Shown here piece by piece: positions 19,627 to 27,696 of a DNA stretch of 64,000 nt. The notes beneath the pieces are model-generated. The model was given only the letters and a program-made list of their open reading frames with translations. It had not been told where the DNA came from and did no database searches. This stretch comes from Myxococcota bacterium. GTDB lineage: Bacteria; Myxococcota; XYA12-FULL-58-9; JALHOP01. The stretch is taken from assembly GCA_041288095.1 (NCBI GenBank), contig JBGGMJ010000079.1, positions 1 through 64,000 of the forward strand. The letters run 5' to 3'. Positions within the stretch are counted from its first letter, which is position 1. Each line of letters opens with the position of its first letter. Both the position numbers and the translations under genes were made by a program.

Positions 19627-20738
19627 TGACTCAAGACGTCGTCAAGTTCCTGCTGGTCGACGACCTGCCCGACAACCTCGTGGCACTGCAAGCCTTGCTC
19701 GCCGAGCCGGGGCTCGAGCTGTTGCTCGCGCACTCGGGGCGAGAAGCGCTGGAGCTGTTGCTCACGCACGACGTCGCCCTGGCGCTGATCGATGTCCACA
19801 TGCCGGAGATCGACGGCTTCGAGCTTGCCGAGCTGATGCGCGGTCGCGAGCGGACGCGGCGCGTGCCGATCATCTTCGTGACCGCGAGCGATCACGAGGC
19901 CCGGCGCGAGTTCGTCGGTTACGAGGCAGGCGCCGTCGACTTCTTGTTCAAACCCGTCGATCCGCACGTATTGCGCAGCAAGGTCGCCGTCTTCGTCGAG
20001 CTCCACCGTCAACGCCGCGAGCTCGAGCGCCGCGTCGCCGAGCTCACCAAGGTTCGTGAAGAGCTGCAATCGACGCTCGATTTGAACGAGCTCTTCGTCG
20101 CCGCCGTCGGGCACGACTTGCGCACGCCCCTCGCCGCCGTCCTCGCCGCCTCCGAGGTGTTGCGACTCACCGCCACCGAGGGTCCCGCGAAGCGCGCGGC
20201 CGATACCGTTCGTAATAGCGGACGAAGCATGGAGCGCCTCATCGGCGACCTCTTCGATTTGTCGCGCGTGCGTCTCTCGGGTGGCCTACCGATCGAGCGC
20301 ACCGACGACGTCGATCTCGGGGCCATCGCCTTCCAGGTGATCAACGAGGCCAAAGCCTCGAGCGCGGGTGTGACCTTCGAGCTCGAGAGCGCGGGTGATC
20401 TGCACGGCTGTTGGGACGCCGGCCGCTTGCGCCAGGTCCTCACCAACCTCACGAGCAACGCCGTTCGCCATGGGAATGGTGACGAGCCCATTCGTCTGCG
20501 ACTCAACGGCACCGGAGCCGAAGAAGTCGTCGTCGACGTTGCAAACGGTGGCGCCATCGCGGCGAAAGCGCTGCCGCACATCTTCGATCCGTTCCGCAGC
20601 TTCTCCGAGGGCGGCAAGAAAGGGTTGGGGCTAGGCCTCTACATCGTTCAGCAGGTCGTGCAGGCGCACGGCGGCGTGGTCACCGCCAAGACCACGCCGA
20701 CCAGCACCCAGTTCTGCGTGCGTTTGCCACGGCGATAG
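19626..20738 (+). CDS. Hybrid response regulator/histidine kinase (REC-HisKA-HATPase)
   Basis: GTG 19626 overlapping the cheB TAG; LLVDD, IDVHMPEIDG, FKP; GHDLRTPL; NLTSNAVRHG; GLGLGLYI. Confidence 0.92.
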   Translation: MTQDVVKFLLVDDLPDNLVALQALLAEPGLELLLAHSGREALELLLTHDVALALIDVHMPEIDGFELAELMRGRERTRRVPIIFVTASDHEARREFVGYEAGAVDFLFKPVDPHVLRSKVAVFVELHRQRRELERRVAELTKVREELQSTLDLNELFVAAVGHDLRTPLAAVLAASEVLRLTATEGPAKRAADTVRNSGRSMERLIGDLFDLSRVRLSGGLPIERTDDVDLGAIAFQVINEAKASSAGVTFELESAGDLHGCWDAGRLRQVLTNLTSNAVRHGNGDEPIRLRLNGTGAEEVVVDVANGGAIAAKALPHIFDPFRSFSEGGKKGLGLGLYIVQQVVQAHGGVVTAKTTPTSTQFCVRLPRR

Positions 20739-20761
20739 CTCGTGCTAGAAGCCAGGCCGCG

Positions 20762-21997
20762 ATGAGCGAGCTATCGGAAGGCGCTGCGATGCTCGCGGAC
20801 ATGCCACGCGGTCGTCGTGCCGCGACCATCTTCGTCTTCTTCACGGTCCTGCTCGACATCGTCGCGCTCGGCGTCATCATCCCGGTCTTCCCGAACCTCC
20901 TGAAGTCCTTTCTCGATGGTGATGTCAGCCGCGCCACCGAGATCTACGGCGTCTTCATGACCATCTGGGCGGCCATGCAGTTCGTCTTCGCGCCGGTCCT
21001 GGGCGCGCTCTCGGATCGCTTCGGCCGCCGGCCGGTCATCCTCTTGTCGAATCTCGGTCTCGGTCTCGACTACGTGTTGATGGCGATGGCGCCGACGCTC
21101 ACCTGGCTCTTCGTCGGTCGCGTCATCTCGGGGATCACCGCGGCGAGCTTCACGACCGCTGGAGCGTACATCGCCGACGTCACGCCGCCGGAGAAGAGGG
21201 CCCAGGCGTTCGGTATGTTGGGGGCCGCGTTCGGCGTGGGGTTCGTGCTCGGGCCGGCGATGGGTGGCGTCCTCGGCGGTGTCGATCCGCGCTTGCCGTT
21301 CTGGGTGGCCGCGGGGTTGTCGCTCGCCAACGCGTGTTACGGCGTCTTCGTGCTGCCCGAGTCGTTGCCCAAGAGGCTGCGCTCGCCGTTCACGTGGGCG
21401 AAGGCGAACCCCATCGGCTCGTTGTCGCTCCTGCGCCGCAGCAAGCGGCTCTCGAGCCTCGCGCTCGTGACCTTCGTGGCGAGCCTCGCGCATGTCGTGC
21501 TGCCCGCGGTCTTCGTGTTGTACGCGGGCTTTCGTTACGGTTGGGGTGAGCGCGAGGTCGGGCTCACGCTCGCGGCGGTCGGCGTCTTCGCCATGATCGT
21601 GCAAGCGGGGCTCGTGCAGCCCATCGTCTCGCGGATCGGTGAGCGCGGCGCCATGATGTTGGGGCTCGTGTTCGGCGCGGCGGGCTTCGTCGTCTACGGC
21701 TTGGCGTCGACGGGCATGTGGTTCTTGCTCGGCATCCCCGTGATGTCGATCTGGGGTATCTCGGGCCCAGCGGCGCAGGGCCTCATGACGCGCGAGGTTG
21801 GCGCCGACGAGCAAGGCCGGCTGCAAGGCGCGTCGAGTAGTCTCATGGGGCTCGCCGAGCTCATCGGGCCGGCCGTCTTCACCTTCACCTTCGCTTCGAT
21901 GATGACGCGCCTTCCGGGCGCGCCGTTTCTCCTCGCGGCGGGCTTGCTGCTGGTCGCCGCCGTCATGGCATCGTTCGTTACTCGGGAGCACACATGA
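20762..21997 (+). CDS. TCR/Tet family MFS efflux transporter
   Basis: Motif A GALSDRFGRRPVIL; GRVISGIT; AYIADVT; motif C GFVLGPAMGG; ~12 hydrophobic segments. The start could be 20789 or 20801. Confidence 0.92.
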   Translation: MSELSEGAAMLADMPRGRRAATIFVFFTVLLDIVALGVIIPVFPNLLKSFLDGDVSRATEIYGVFMTIWAAMQFVFAPVLGALSDRFGRRPVILLSNLGLGLDYVLMAMAPTLTWLFVGRVISGITAASFTTAGAYIADVTPPEKRAQAFGMLGAAFGVGFVLGPAMGGVLGGVDPRLPFWVAAGLSLANACYGVFVLPESLPKRLRSPFTWAKANPIGSLSLLRRSKRLSSLALVTFVASLAHVVLPAVFVLYAGFRYGWGEREVGLTLAAVGVFAMIVQAGLVQPIVSRIGERGAMMLGLVFGAAGFVVYGLASTGMWFLLGIPVMSIWGISGPAAQGLMTREVGADEQGRLQGASSSLMGLAELIGPAVFTFTFASMMTRLPGAPFLLAAGLLLVAAVMASFVTREHT

Positions 21998-22686
21998 TTA
22001 CCATCGTCACCGGAGCCGCGGGCAACCTGGGCGCGGCCGTCGTCAGTCACCTTTGCGAGCGCGGCGGTCACGTCATCGCCGTCGACCGCGATGGCGCACA
22101 AGAGAGCTTGGCCGCGCTGGCGCAGCGCTTCCCCGGGAAGGTCGAGACCTTCACCTTCGATGTCGGTGACCGGGCGGCGTGGGCGCAGACGGCGCTGCGT
22201 CTCCAAGGTCGCGAGCTGGCGGGGGCGGCGTTCCTTGCTGGTGCCTGGTCGGGCGGACAACCGGTCGGCGCCGGCGGCGATACATGGCGCAAGATGATGT
22301 CCACCAACGCGGACACCGTCTACGCTTCGCTCGAGGCGGTGTTGCCGCTAATGAAGGCGCGTGGAAACGGCAGCATCGTGGTGGTCGGCGCTCGTCCTGT
22401 CGAATTACCCGGCACTGCCGGCACCGCCGCCGAATACGCCGCGGCGAAATCCGCGGTCGTCGCCCTGGCTCGCGCGGCGGCAGCCGAAGCCCTGACGTCG
22501 CGTGTGCGCATCAACGCGGTGCTGCCGAGCATCATCGACACGCCACCGAACCGCAAAGCCATGCCCGGAGCCAAGCACGACACGTGGGTATCGCCGGCGT
22601 CGCTCGCGGATGTCATCGGCTTCTTGTTGTCGGATTCGGCGCGCGACGTGAGCGGCGCGATGATTCCCGTGTACGGCAGGGCCTGA
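21994..22686 (+). CDS. Short-chain dehydrogenase/reductase
   Basis: TGAAGNLG, YAAAK, RINAVLPSIIDTP, VSGAMIPVYG; ATGA overlap with the MFS gene. Confidence 0.92.
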   Translation: MITIVTGAAGNLGAAVVSHLCERGGHVIAVDRDGAQESLAALAQRFPGKVETFTFDVGDRAAWAQTALRLQGRELAGAAFLAGAWSGGQPVGAGGDTWRKMMSTNADTVYASLEAVLPLMKARGNGSIVVVGARPVELPGTAGTAAEYAAAKSAVVALARAAAAEALTSRVRINAVLPSIIDTPPNRKAMPGAKHDTWVSPASLADVIGFLLSDSARDVSGAMIPVYGRA

Positions 22687-22693
22687 CGAAACG

Positions 22694-23083
22694 TTAAGGC
22701 GCCAGCGCGACACGCGCGAGCGTACCGTCCGGGTAGTACTCGTGCGCGAGCACCTCGAGGTGGGCGCCGCGCACCAGCCGATCGAAGGCCGCTTCGACGC
22801 GTCGCGAGATGGCGATGCGCGTGGGTTGGTCGTAGGCACCGATCTTGTCGGCTTCCTGGCGCAGGGCGTTGGGCGTGAAGAGCGTGATGACCGTTGCGTA
22901 CTCGACGGGCGTGCCGGCGATCATGGTCTCCGCCGAGTTGTAGCCGCGGGCCAAGAGCGAGGGCAGCGAGCGCTCGAGTCGAGCCACGAGCTGCATGCAG
23001 AGATGCGTGATCTGTCGCGGGGTGGCGGTCGAACGCCTGACTCGCACCGTTGTTTCACGTCTGGCCAAGGCTGCAGTGGACAC
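22694..23083 (-). CDS. Hypothetical protein
   Basis: GTG 23083 with AGGAG 6 nt upstream; 129 aa; no family recognised. Confidence 0.65.
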   Translation of the reverse strand: MSTAALARRETTVRVRRSTATPRQITHLCMQLVARLERSLPSLLARGYNSAETMIAGTPVEYATVITLFTPNALRQEADKIGAYDQPTRIAISRRVEAAFDRLVRGAHLEVLAHEYYPDGTLARVALAP

Positions 23084-23115
23084 GGGAGTCTCCTACTCGT
23101 CGGGTTTGCGCGTGC

Positions 23116-23451
23116 TCAGCGCTCCAGAATGAAAAGGACGCCGTCGAATTCCAGGTCGGTGGTGTTCTCGCGGATGTAGCGCAGGAGCTCGCGGACCGCG
23201 TCGTCGTCACGGCGGCCGATGGGGATGATCACCTTGCTGACCGGGTTGCCCTCGTCATCTTCGCCCCACTCGCCGTCGAAGCGGATGCGACCCAAGCGGT
23301 CTTCGTTGAGCTGCAAAGCCTCGCGCACGGCGGGCAGGGCCTCGAGCACTTGGCGGACACTGTCGGCGTAACCTTGTGGATCTGGGTCGTGTTCGACATG
23401 TGGGGTGACCAGATCGGCGGGGTTGATCTTGCTCACGTCGGGAAGGGCCAA
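23116..23451 (-). CDS. Small acidic hypothetical protein
   Basis: TTG 23451 with GAGGA upstream; 111 aa; GC-rich third positions. Confidence 0.7.
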   Translation of the reverse strand: MALPDVSKINPADLVTPHVEHDPDPQGYADSVRQVLEALPAVREALQLNEDRLGRIRFDGEWGEDDEGNPVSKVIIPIGRRDDDAVRELLRYIRENTTDLEFDGVLFILER

Positions 23452-23549
23452 GACTTATCCTCAACTGCTTTGGAAGACGCTTGGGACGTACACAACACCC
23501 ATAACGTCGCTCATGTGCAGTATCGGCTCGCCACGGCGACCGTTGCGTC

Positions 23550-23777
23550 TTACGCCTTGTTTCCGGAGACGACCGGAACATCACGATTCTCATAGGTAAT
23601 CTCGACCCCTTCGAAACGCGTGGGTCGCACCTTGAGCTTGGTGCCGCGGATCAAGCGGACCGTGAGCGTGACCTTACCGTCGACCTCGCGGACCACCACG
23701 TTGGCGCGTCCAGCTGGTACGCCGAGCGCCGTGAGCAGGCGCTTGGCCTTCTTGCGCGCGGCGAGCGTCGCCATCAC
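23550..23777 (-). CDS. Small basic protein translationally coupled to the upstream protease
   Basis: GTGATG start overlaps the protease TGA at 23774-23776; 75 aa ending ...RPTRFEGVEITYE.... Confidence 0.7.
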   Translation of the reverse strand: MMATLAARKKAKRLLTALGVPAGRANVVVREVDGKVTLTVRLIRGTKLKVRPTRFEGVEITYENRDVPVVSGNKA

Positions 23778-24889
23778 GCGTGCCCGGAAACCAGCGAGAC
23801 CTTGAGGCGTTTCAGGATCGGCGCCAACGGCAACACGTACGACTCCGCCGGCACGAGGCCCGCGAAGACGAGGCCCACGGCGACGCGAGTGCCGTCGCGC
23901 TTCAACGCCGTGACCAGCGAGCCCGAATCACCAGGCTGGGAGAATGGACCGCCGATACCGTGCACCAAGTAGACTGGCTCGAAGAAGGCTCTGCCGACGA
24001 ACGGCGTGCCCGCTGAAGCGGAGTGATAGGTAGTGACGTTGTAGACCACCCCGACCGGTCCGACGACGATGCCCTGCACGACGCCGCGGGTGAGGCCGGT
24101 GGTGCGTCCGACTTTCTCGACCTGCATGTCGTCGCCGAACGCGACCACTTCGGCGGGCGTGTCGTAGGCGCTCGATTGCATCGAGGAGACCCGTCTCTTG
24201 TCCGCTATCGTGAACAACGCCACATCGGTGTTGAGCTTGGCGTTGACGACGTTGGGCTCGCCTTGATGCAACGGCAGCACCGAGTGGTGGTGGCCGATGG
24301 TGAACGGGTCGTAGTTGCCCGGCGCCACGTCCATGACACCGGGCGCGAGGATGGGCGTGCCGGGGAGCGCGTTGTTGCAGCCGCCGGTGACGTGATTGTT
24401 GGTGAGCCCGTAGAGCTGACCCTTGGCGTCACGCACGAGGCACCCGAGGGTGCCGGCCTGACGGTCGTTGGCGATGCTGATCGACGAGCCACAGGTGTAG
24501 CGGCCGTCGGCGAAAGCGCTGGCCGGCAGCGCGGGCGGCGCGTCGGGTTCCTCGTTGCCGATGGTCTGTGGCTTCGCCTGGCGGAACTCGATGGTAACGG
24601 CGGCCGACTTGGCGCTCGCGGCCAGCCCAGTCGGTAGCGCTCGTGCCTTGCGCTTGGGAACCGGTTTTGCGGTGTAGACGAAGACCGTCTTCCTGGCCTC
24701 GTTCACGACCAACGCGGTGATCGGATTGCGCTCGAAGAGCTCGACGTGTTTGCCCAACGACTGCTGGACGATCGCCAAAGGACCCTTGAGATTTTCGGGC
24801 TCTTCGCCGGTTTCAGGCAGCGCCGTCTGAAGGAGCTTGTGCTCGGAGGCCCACTCGCGCAGCGCCAGCGCCACGTCCCAGGTCTTCAT
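23774..24889 (-). CDS. Trypsin-like (S1, Nal1-type) serine protease without signal peptide
   Basis: ATG 24889 with GGAGG immediately upstream; GTLGCLV, LTNNHV (His), TDVAL (Asp), KVGRTTGLTRG, SQPGDSGS (Ser). Confidence 0.88.
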   Translation of the reverse strand: MKTWDVALALREWASEHKLLQTALPETGEEPENLKGPLAIVQQSLGKHVELFERNPITALVVNEARKTVFVYTAKPVPKRKARALPTGLAASAKSAAVTIEFRQAKPQTIGNEEPDAPPALPASAFADGRYTCGSSISIANDRQAGTLGCLVRDAKGQLYGLTNNHVTGGCNNALPGTPILAPGVMDVAPGNYDPFTIGHHHSVLPLHQGEPNVVNAKLNTDVALFTIADKRRVSSMQSSAYDTPAEVVAFGDDMQVEKVGRTTGLTRGVVQGIVVGPVGVVYNVTTYHSASAGTPFVGRAFFEPVYLVHGIGGPFSQPGDSGSLVTALKRDGTRVAVGLVFAGLVPAESYVLPLAPILKRLKVSLVSGHA

Positions 24890-25002
24890 GACCTCCGGTC
24901 TTATCAGGACCGAAACGGCGTCACTAAAGAGTTGCAGAGATGCAGAGGACGAATGGCGACATCGGCCGAGAATACCGATGAAGCGATAAACCAGGGCTTC
25001 GT

Positions 25003-26373
25003 GTGACCATACTCTCGGCGACAGCACTGCGGACCTTGGCGACGACGGCACCGGCGCTCGACTCGCACCAGGCCGCCTTCGTCTCGGATCCACCAGCCCA
25101 AGGGTGGTTGTTTCCGTCGCCACCCGCGAACGCCAGACCTCCCGTCGCCGCGAACGACGGGCTCCGCGAGAGCTCACCCTTGTTCGTGAGACAGCTCGAC
25201 AAGGTCCGCAAAGCGCTGGCGACGGTCGATCGCGAGCTAGGCGATGTCGTCGCGGAGCTGCGTGTCATGAAGATCGCCGCGCCCCCGAAAGGCGCGATCA
25301 CCATGACGGCTCGAGACGACGCGGCTCTCACTGGCCTCCCCGGCAGCCTGGTGCTCGGCTACGACGTCGACAAATGGAAGGTCAAAGGCTCCTTCGAGCC
25401 GCTCCTCGTCCCGCGTCTGCCGCATCTCCCGGTCAAGCTGCGGTTTCATGAGTCCGCTTTCGCGAAGCAGTTCGCGGATGACGTGCGCGGCACCGTCAAG
25501 AGCTATCGCAAGCTGGTAGGCGACTCGAACGTCTACTCGGTGGATCTCGCCAAGCGCTGCTACGAGCCGTGGGGCAGTGAGAAAAAGGCCCAAACCGACG
25601 ACGAGAAACACGTGCGCGCCACGGCGAACTTGGCGTTGCACCAGACAGCCGTGGCGATCGCCAAGGTCGCGTTCTTGCAGCGCCTCGACGAGCTCGCGGA
25701 ATTGCCGGCCGACGATCCAACACGCCGGGTGCTCGTCACCGCGGGCGGCTCCGGTGCCGGCAAAGGCCGCATCATGCCACTGCTCGCCGTTTCGATGGCG
25801 AAGTTCACCCCTGGCGCCGTTTTCGACGCGGCTGGCGAAGGCGAGGCGCGCGAGTGCGCTTTCATTCTCGCCGAATGCAAGCGTCGCGGCCTGCACGTCG
25901 ACTTCGTCTATCTCCACAAGCCAATGCGCGCGACGGCGGTGCGAGTCATCGAGCGCACTACCACCAGCGGTCGCATGGTCGACATCTTGACCATGGTGCG
26001 CGGTCACCTGAAGGGCGCCGAGGTGATGGCCGCTTTCGCGGATAGCAGCGCCTTGGCGGCGCAGCAAAAGCTCGGCAAGGCGCGCTGCTACGGCTTGACG
26101 GCGGGCGACGAAGTTCTCGATCCCGACCCGATGGCGTTGAAGTTCGCGTACGCCGAGCGTCTCGACGTCGACGGCCGCTTGAAGGTGCCGATTCCCGAGC
26201 TCACCGAGGCGCAGGCGGTGCTGACATCGCTCTTGGAGCTCGCGGAGGCGCGCAAAAAGGGCCTCTCGGAAGCCGCCGTACGTGGTGCCCTCATGGGAAT
26301 CGCGGTGGTGTGGCCGGATTACTTCGATAGCTTGGGCCTGGGACTGTTCGCGCGAAGTAAGAAGGCAGCCTGA
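25003..26373 (+). CDS. Zeta-toxin-like P-loop kinase with long N-terminal extension
   Basis: VLVTAGGSGAGKG Walker A; VFDAAG; GLHVDFVYL; RVIERTTTSGRMV lid motif. Start codon uncertain. Confidence 0.75.
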   Translation: MTILSATALRTLATTAPALDSHQAAFVSDPPAQGWLFPSPPANARPPVAANDGLRESSPLFVRQLDKVRKALATVDRELGDVVAELRVMKIAAPPKGAITMTARDDAALTGLPGSLVLGYDVDKWKVKGSFEPLLVPRLPHLPVKLRFHESAFAKQFADDVRGTVKSYRKLVGDSNVYSVDLAKRCYEPWGSEKKAQTDDEKHVRATANLALHQTAVAIAKVAFLQRLDELAELPADDPTRRVLVTAGGSGAGKGRIMPLLAVSMAKFTPGAVFDAAGEGEARECAFILAECKRRGLHVDFVYLHKPMRATAVRVIERTTTSGRMVDILTMVRGHLKGAEVMAAFADSSALAAQQKLGKARCYGLTAGDEVLDPDPMALKFAYAERLDVDGRLKVPIPELTEAQAVLTSLLELAEARKKGLSEAAVRGALMGIAVVWPDYFDSLGLGLFARSKKAA

Positions 26374-26484
26374 TCACGCGGCGGCGCCACGTTGCCTTTA
26401 AGATTTGTGAAACGCCTCGTTTTTGATTGACGTTGAGGCGGGGCATGACTACCTCACGGCCATCTCGCCGCCCGAGAGTCGTCC

Positions 26485-27681
26485 ATGCGAATATCCCCCC
26501 GGCTCGCCGCGGTTGCCTTAGTCGCGGTGAGCGCCTGTTCTGGTAAGGATGCCGCCAAGGCTCCGCCAGCCGCTCCGCCCGAAGTCGAGGTCGAGGCGGT
26601 TCGCCGCGAGGACGTACCTCTTTACATGGAGGCCGTGGCGTCGATCGACGGCTACGTGAACTCGGAGATTCGCGCGCGTGTGCGCGGCTATCTGCGCGCG
26701 CAGAACTACCGCGACGGTGCTTTCGTGAAGGAGGGCGATCTCCTCTTCACCATCGAGGCGACTGAATTCCAAGCTCAAGTGTCGTCCGCTAAAGCAGCCG
26801 TTGCCCGCGCCAAGGCCGCCAAGGAGCTCGCCGACGTGGAGCTCGGCCGCGTCAAGCAACTGCGCGAGATGAACGCCGTGCCGCAGCAGCAGCTCGACAC
26901 CGCCACGGCCCGAGCAGCCGATACGCAAGGTCAGGTCGGCGCCGCCGAAGCCGCCCTCGAGCAAGCGCAGCTCTCGCTGTCCTACACGCAGATCCGCTCA
27001 CCGGTGACGGGCGTTGCCGGCCTTGCCCTCGTGCGCATCGGAAACCTGGTGGGCCAGAGCGAGCCGACGCTGCTCGCCACGGTGTCGCAAGTCGAGCCGA
27101 TGCGTGTGCGCTTCCCGATCGCCGAAGCGGACTACCTGAAGCAATACCAGGCCCTCAAGGGCCTCGCCGGTCGCGACCTGAAGTGGGCGATGAGCGAGAT
27201 CGGCAAGCCGGCGCACGACGAAGACGTGAACGCGCCGCAACTCGTCCTCATCGACGGCAGCGTCTACCCGCGCCGCGGCGTCCTCATGTCGGTCGACCGC
27301 AATGTCGACCCCAGCACCGGTACGCTGCAAATCGAGGCCCTGTTCCCGAACCCAGAGGCCTTCCTGAAGCCCGGCCAGTTCGGCCGTGTGCGCATCCGTC
27401 GTGTCGATGCCGGCGCCGACGTGCTCGTTGTCCCGCAGCGAGCGCTCAGCGAGGTGCAGGGCAACTTCAACGCCGCCGTCCTCGGAGAAGGCAACAAGAT
27501 CGGCATGCGGCGAATCGAAGTCGGCGCCGCCGCCGGCGACAAGCGCATCGTGCTGTCGGGTCTCGAAGAGGGTGAGAAGGTCGTCGTCTCGGGCTTGCAG
27601 CGCGTCCGCGAGGGCACGGTGGTTTCGCCCAAGGAGCCGCCGGCCCAAGCCGCGGCGCCCACCAACACCACGCAACGCTAG
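26485..27681 (+). CDS. RND efflux periplasmic adaptor (AcrA/MexA-like) lipoprotein
   Basis: VSAC lipobox; EIRARVRGYL, VKEGDLLFTI, YTQIRSPVTG, VDPSTGT, LKPGQF. Confidence 0.95.
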   Translation: MRISPRLAAVALVAVSACSGKDAAKAPPAAPPEVEVEAVRREDVPLYMEAVASIDGYVNSEIRARVRGYLRAQNYRDGAFVKEGDLLFTIEATEFQAQVSSAKAAVARAKAAKELADVELGRVKQLREMNAVPQQQLDTATARAADTQGQVGAAEAALEQAQLSLSYTQIRSPVTGVAGLALVRIGNLVGQSEPTLLATVSQVEPMRVRFPIAEADYLKQYQALKGLAGRDLKWAMSEIGKPAHDEDVNAPQLVLIDGSVYPRRGVLMSVDRNVDPSTGTLQIEALFPNPEAFLKPGQFGRVRIRRVDAGADVLVVPQRALSEVQGNFNAAVLGEGNKIGMRRIEVGAAAGDKRIVLSGLEEGEKVVVSGLQRVREGTVVSPKEPPAQAAAPTNTTQR

Positions 27682-27696
27682 AGCGGAGCGTCCGCC

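Noticed and set aside
20762..21997. Acquired tetracycline resistance gene tetA
   Set aside because: TCR/Tet family motifs only; no tetR or mobile element, host-like codon usage, and substrate cannot be inferred.
23452..23514. 17-codon ORF (MSDVMGVVYVPSVFQSS) in frame with the 23451 gene, suggesting readthrough
   Set aside because: Two in-frame stops (TGA, TAA) intervene and the downstream TTG has its own GAGGA site.
22694..26373. Prophage or integrative element carrying the protease and kinase genes
   Set aside because: No integrase, transposase, tRNA or flanking direct repeats recognised.
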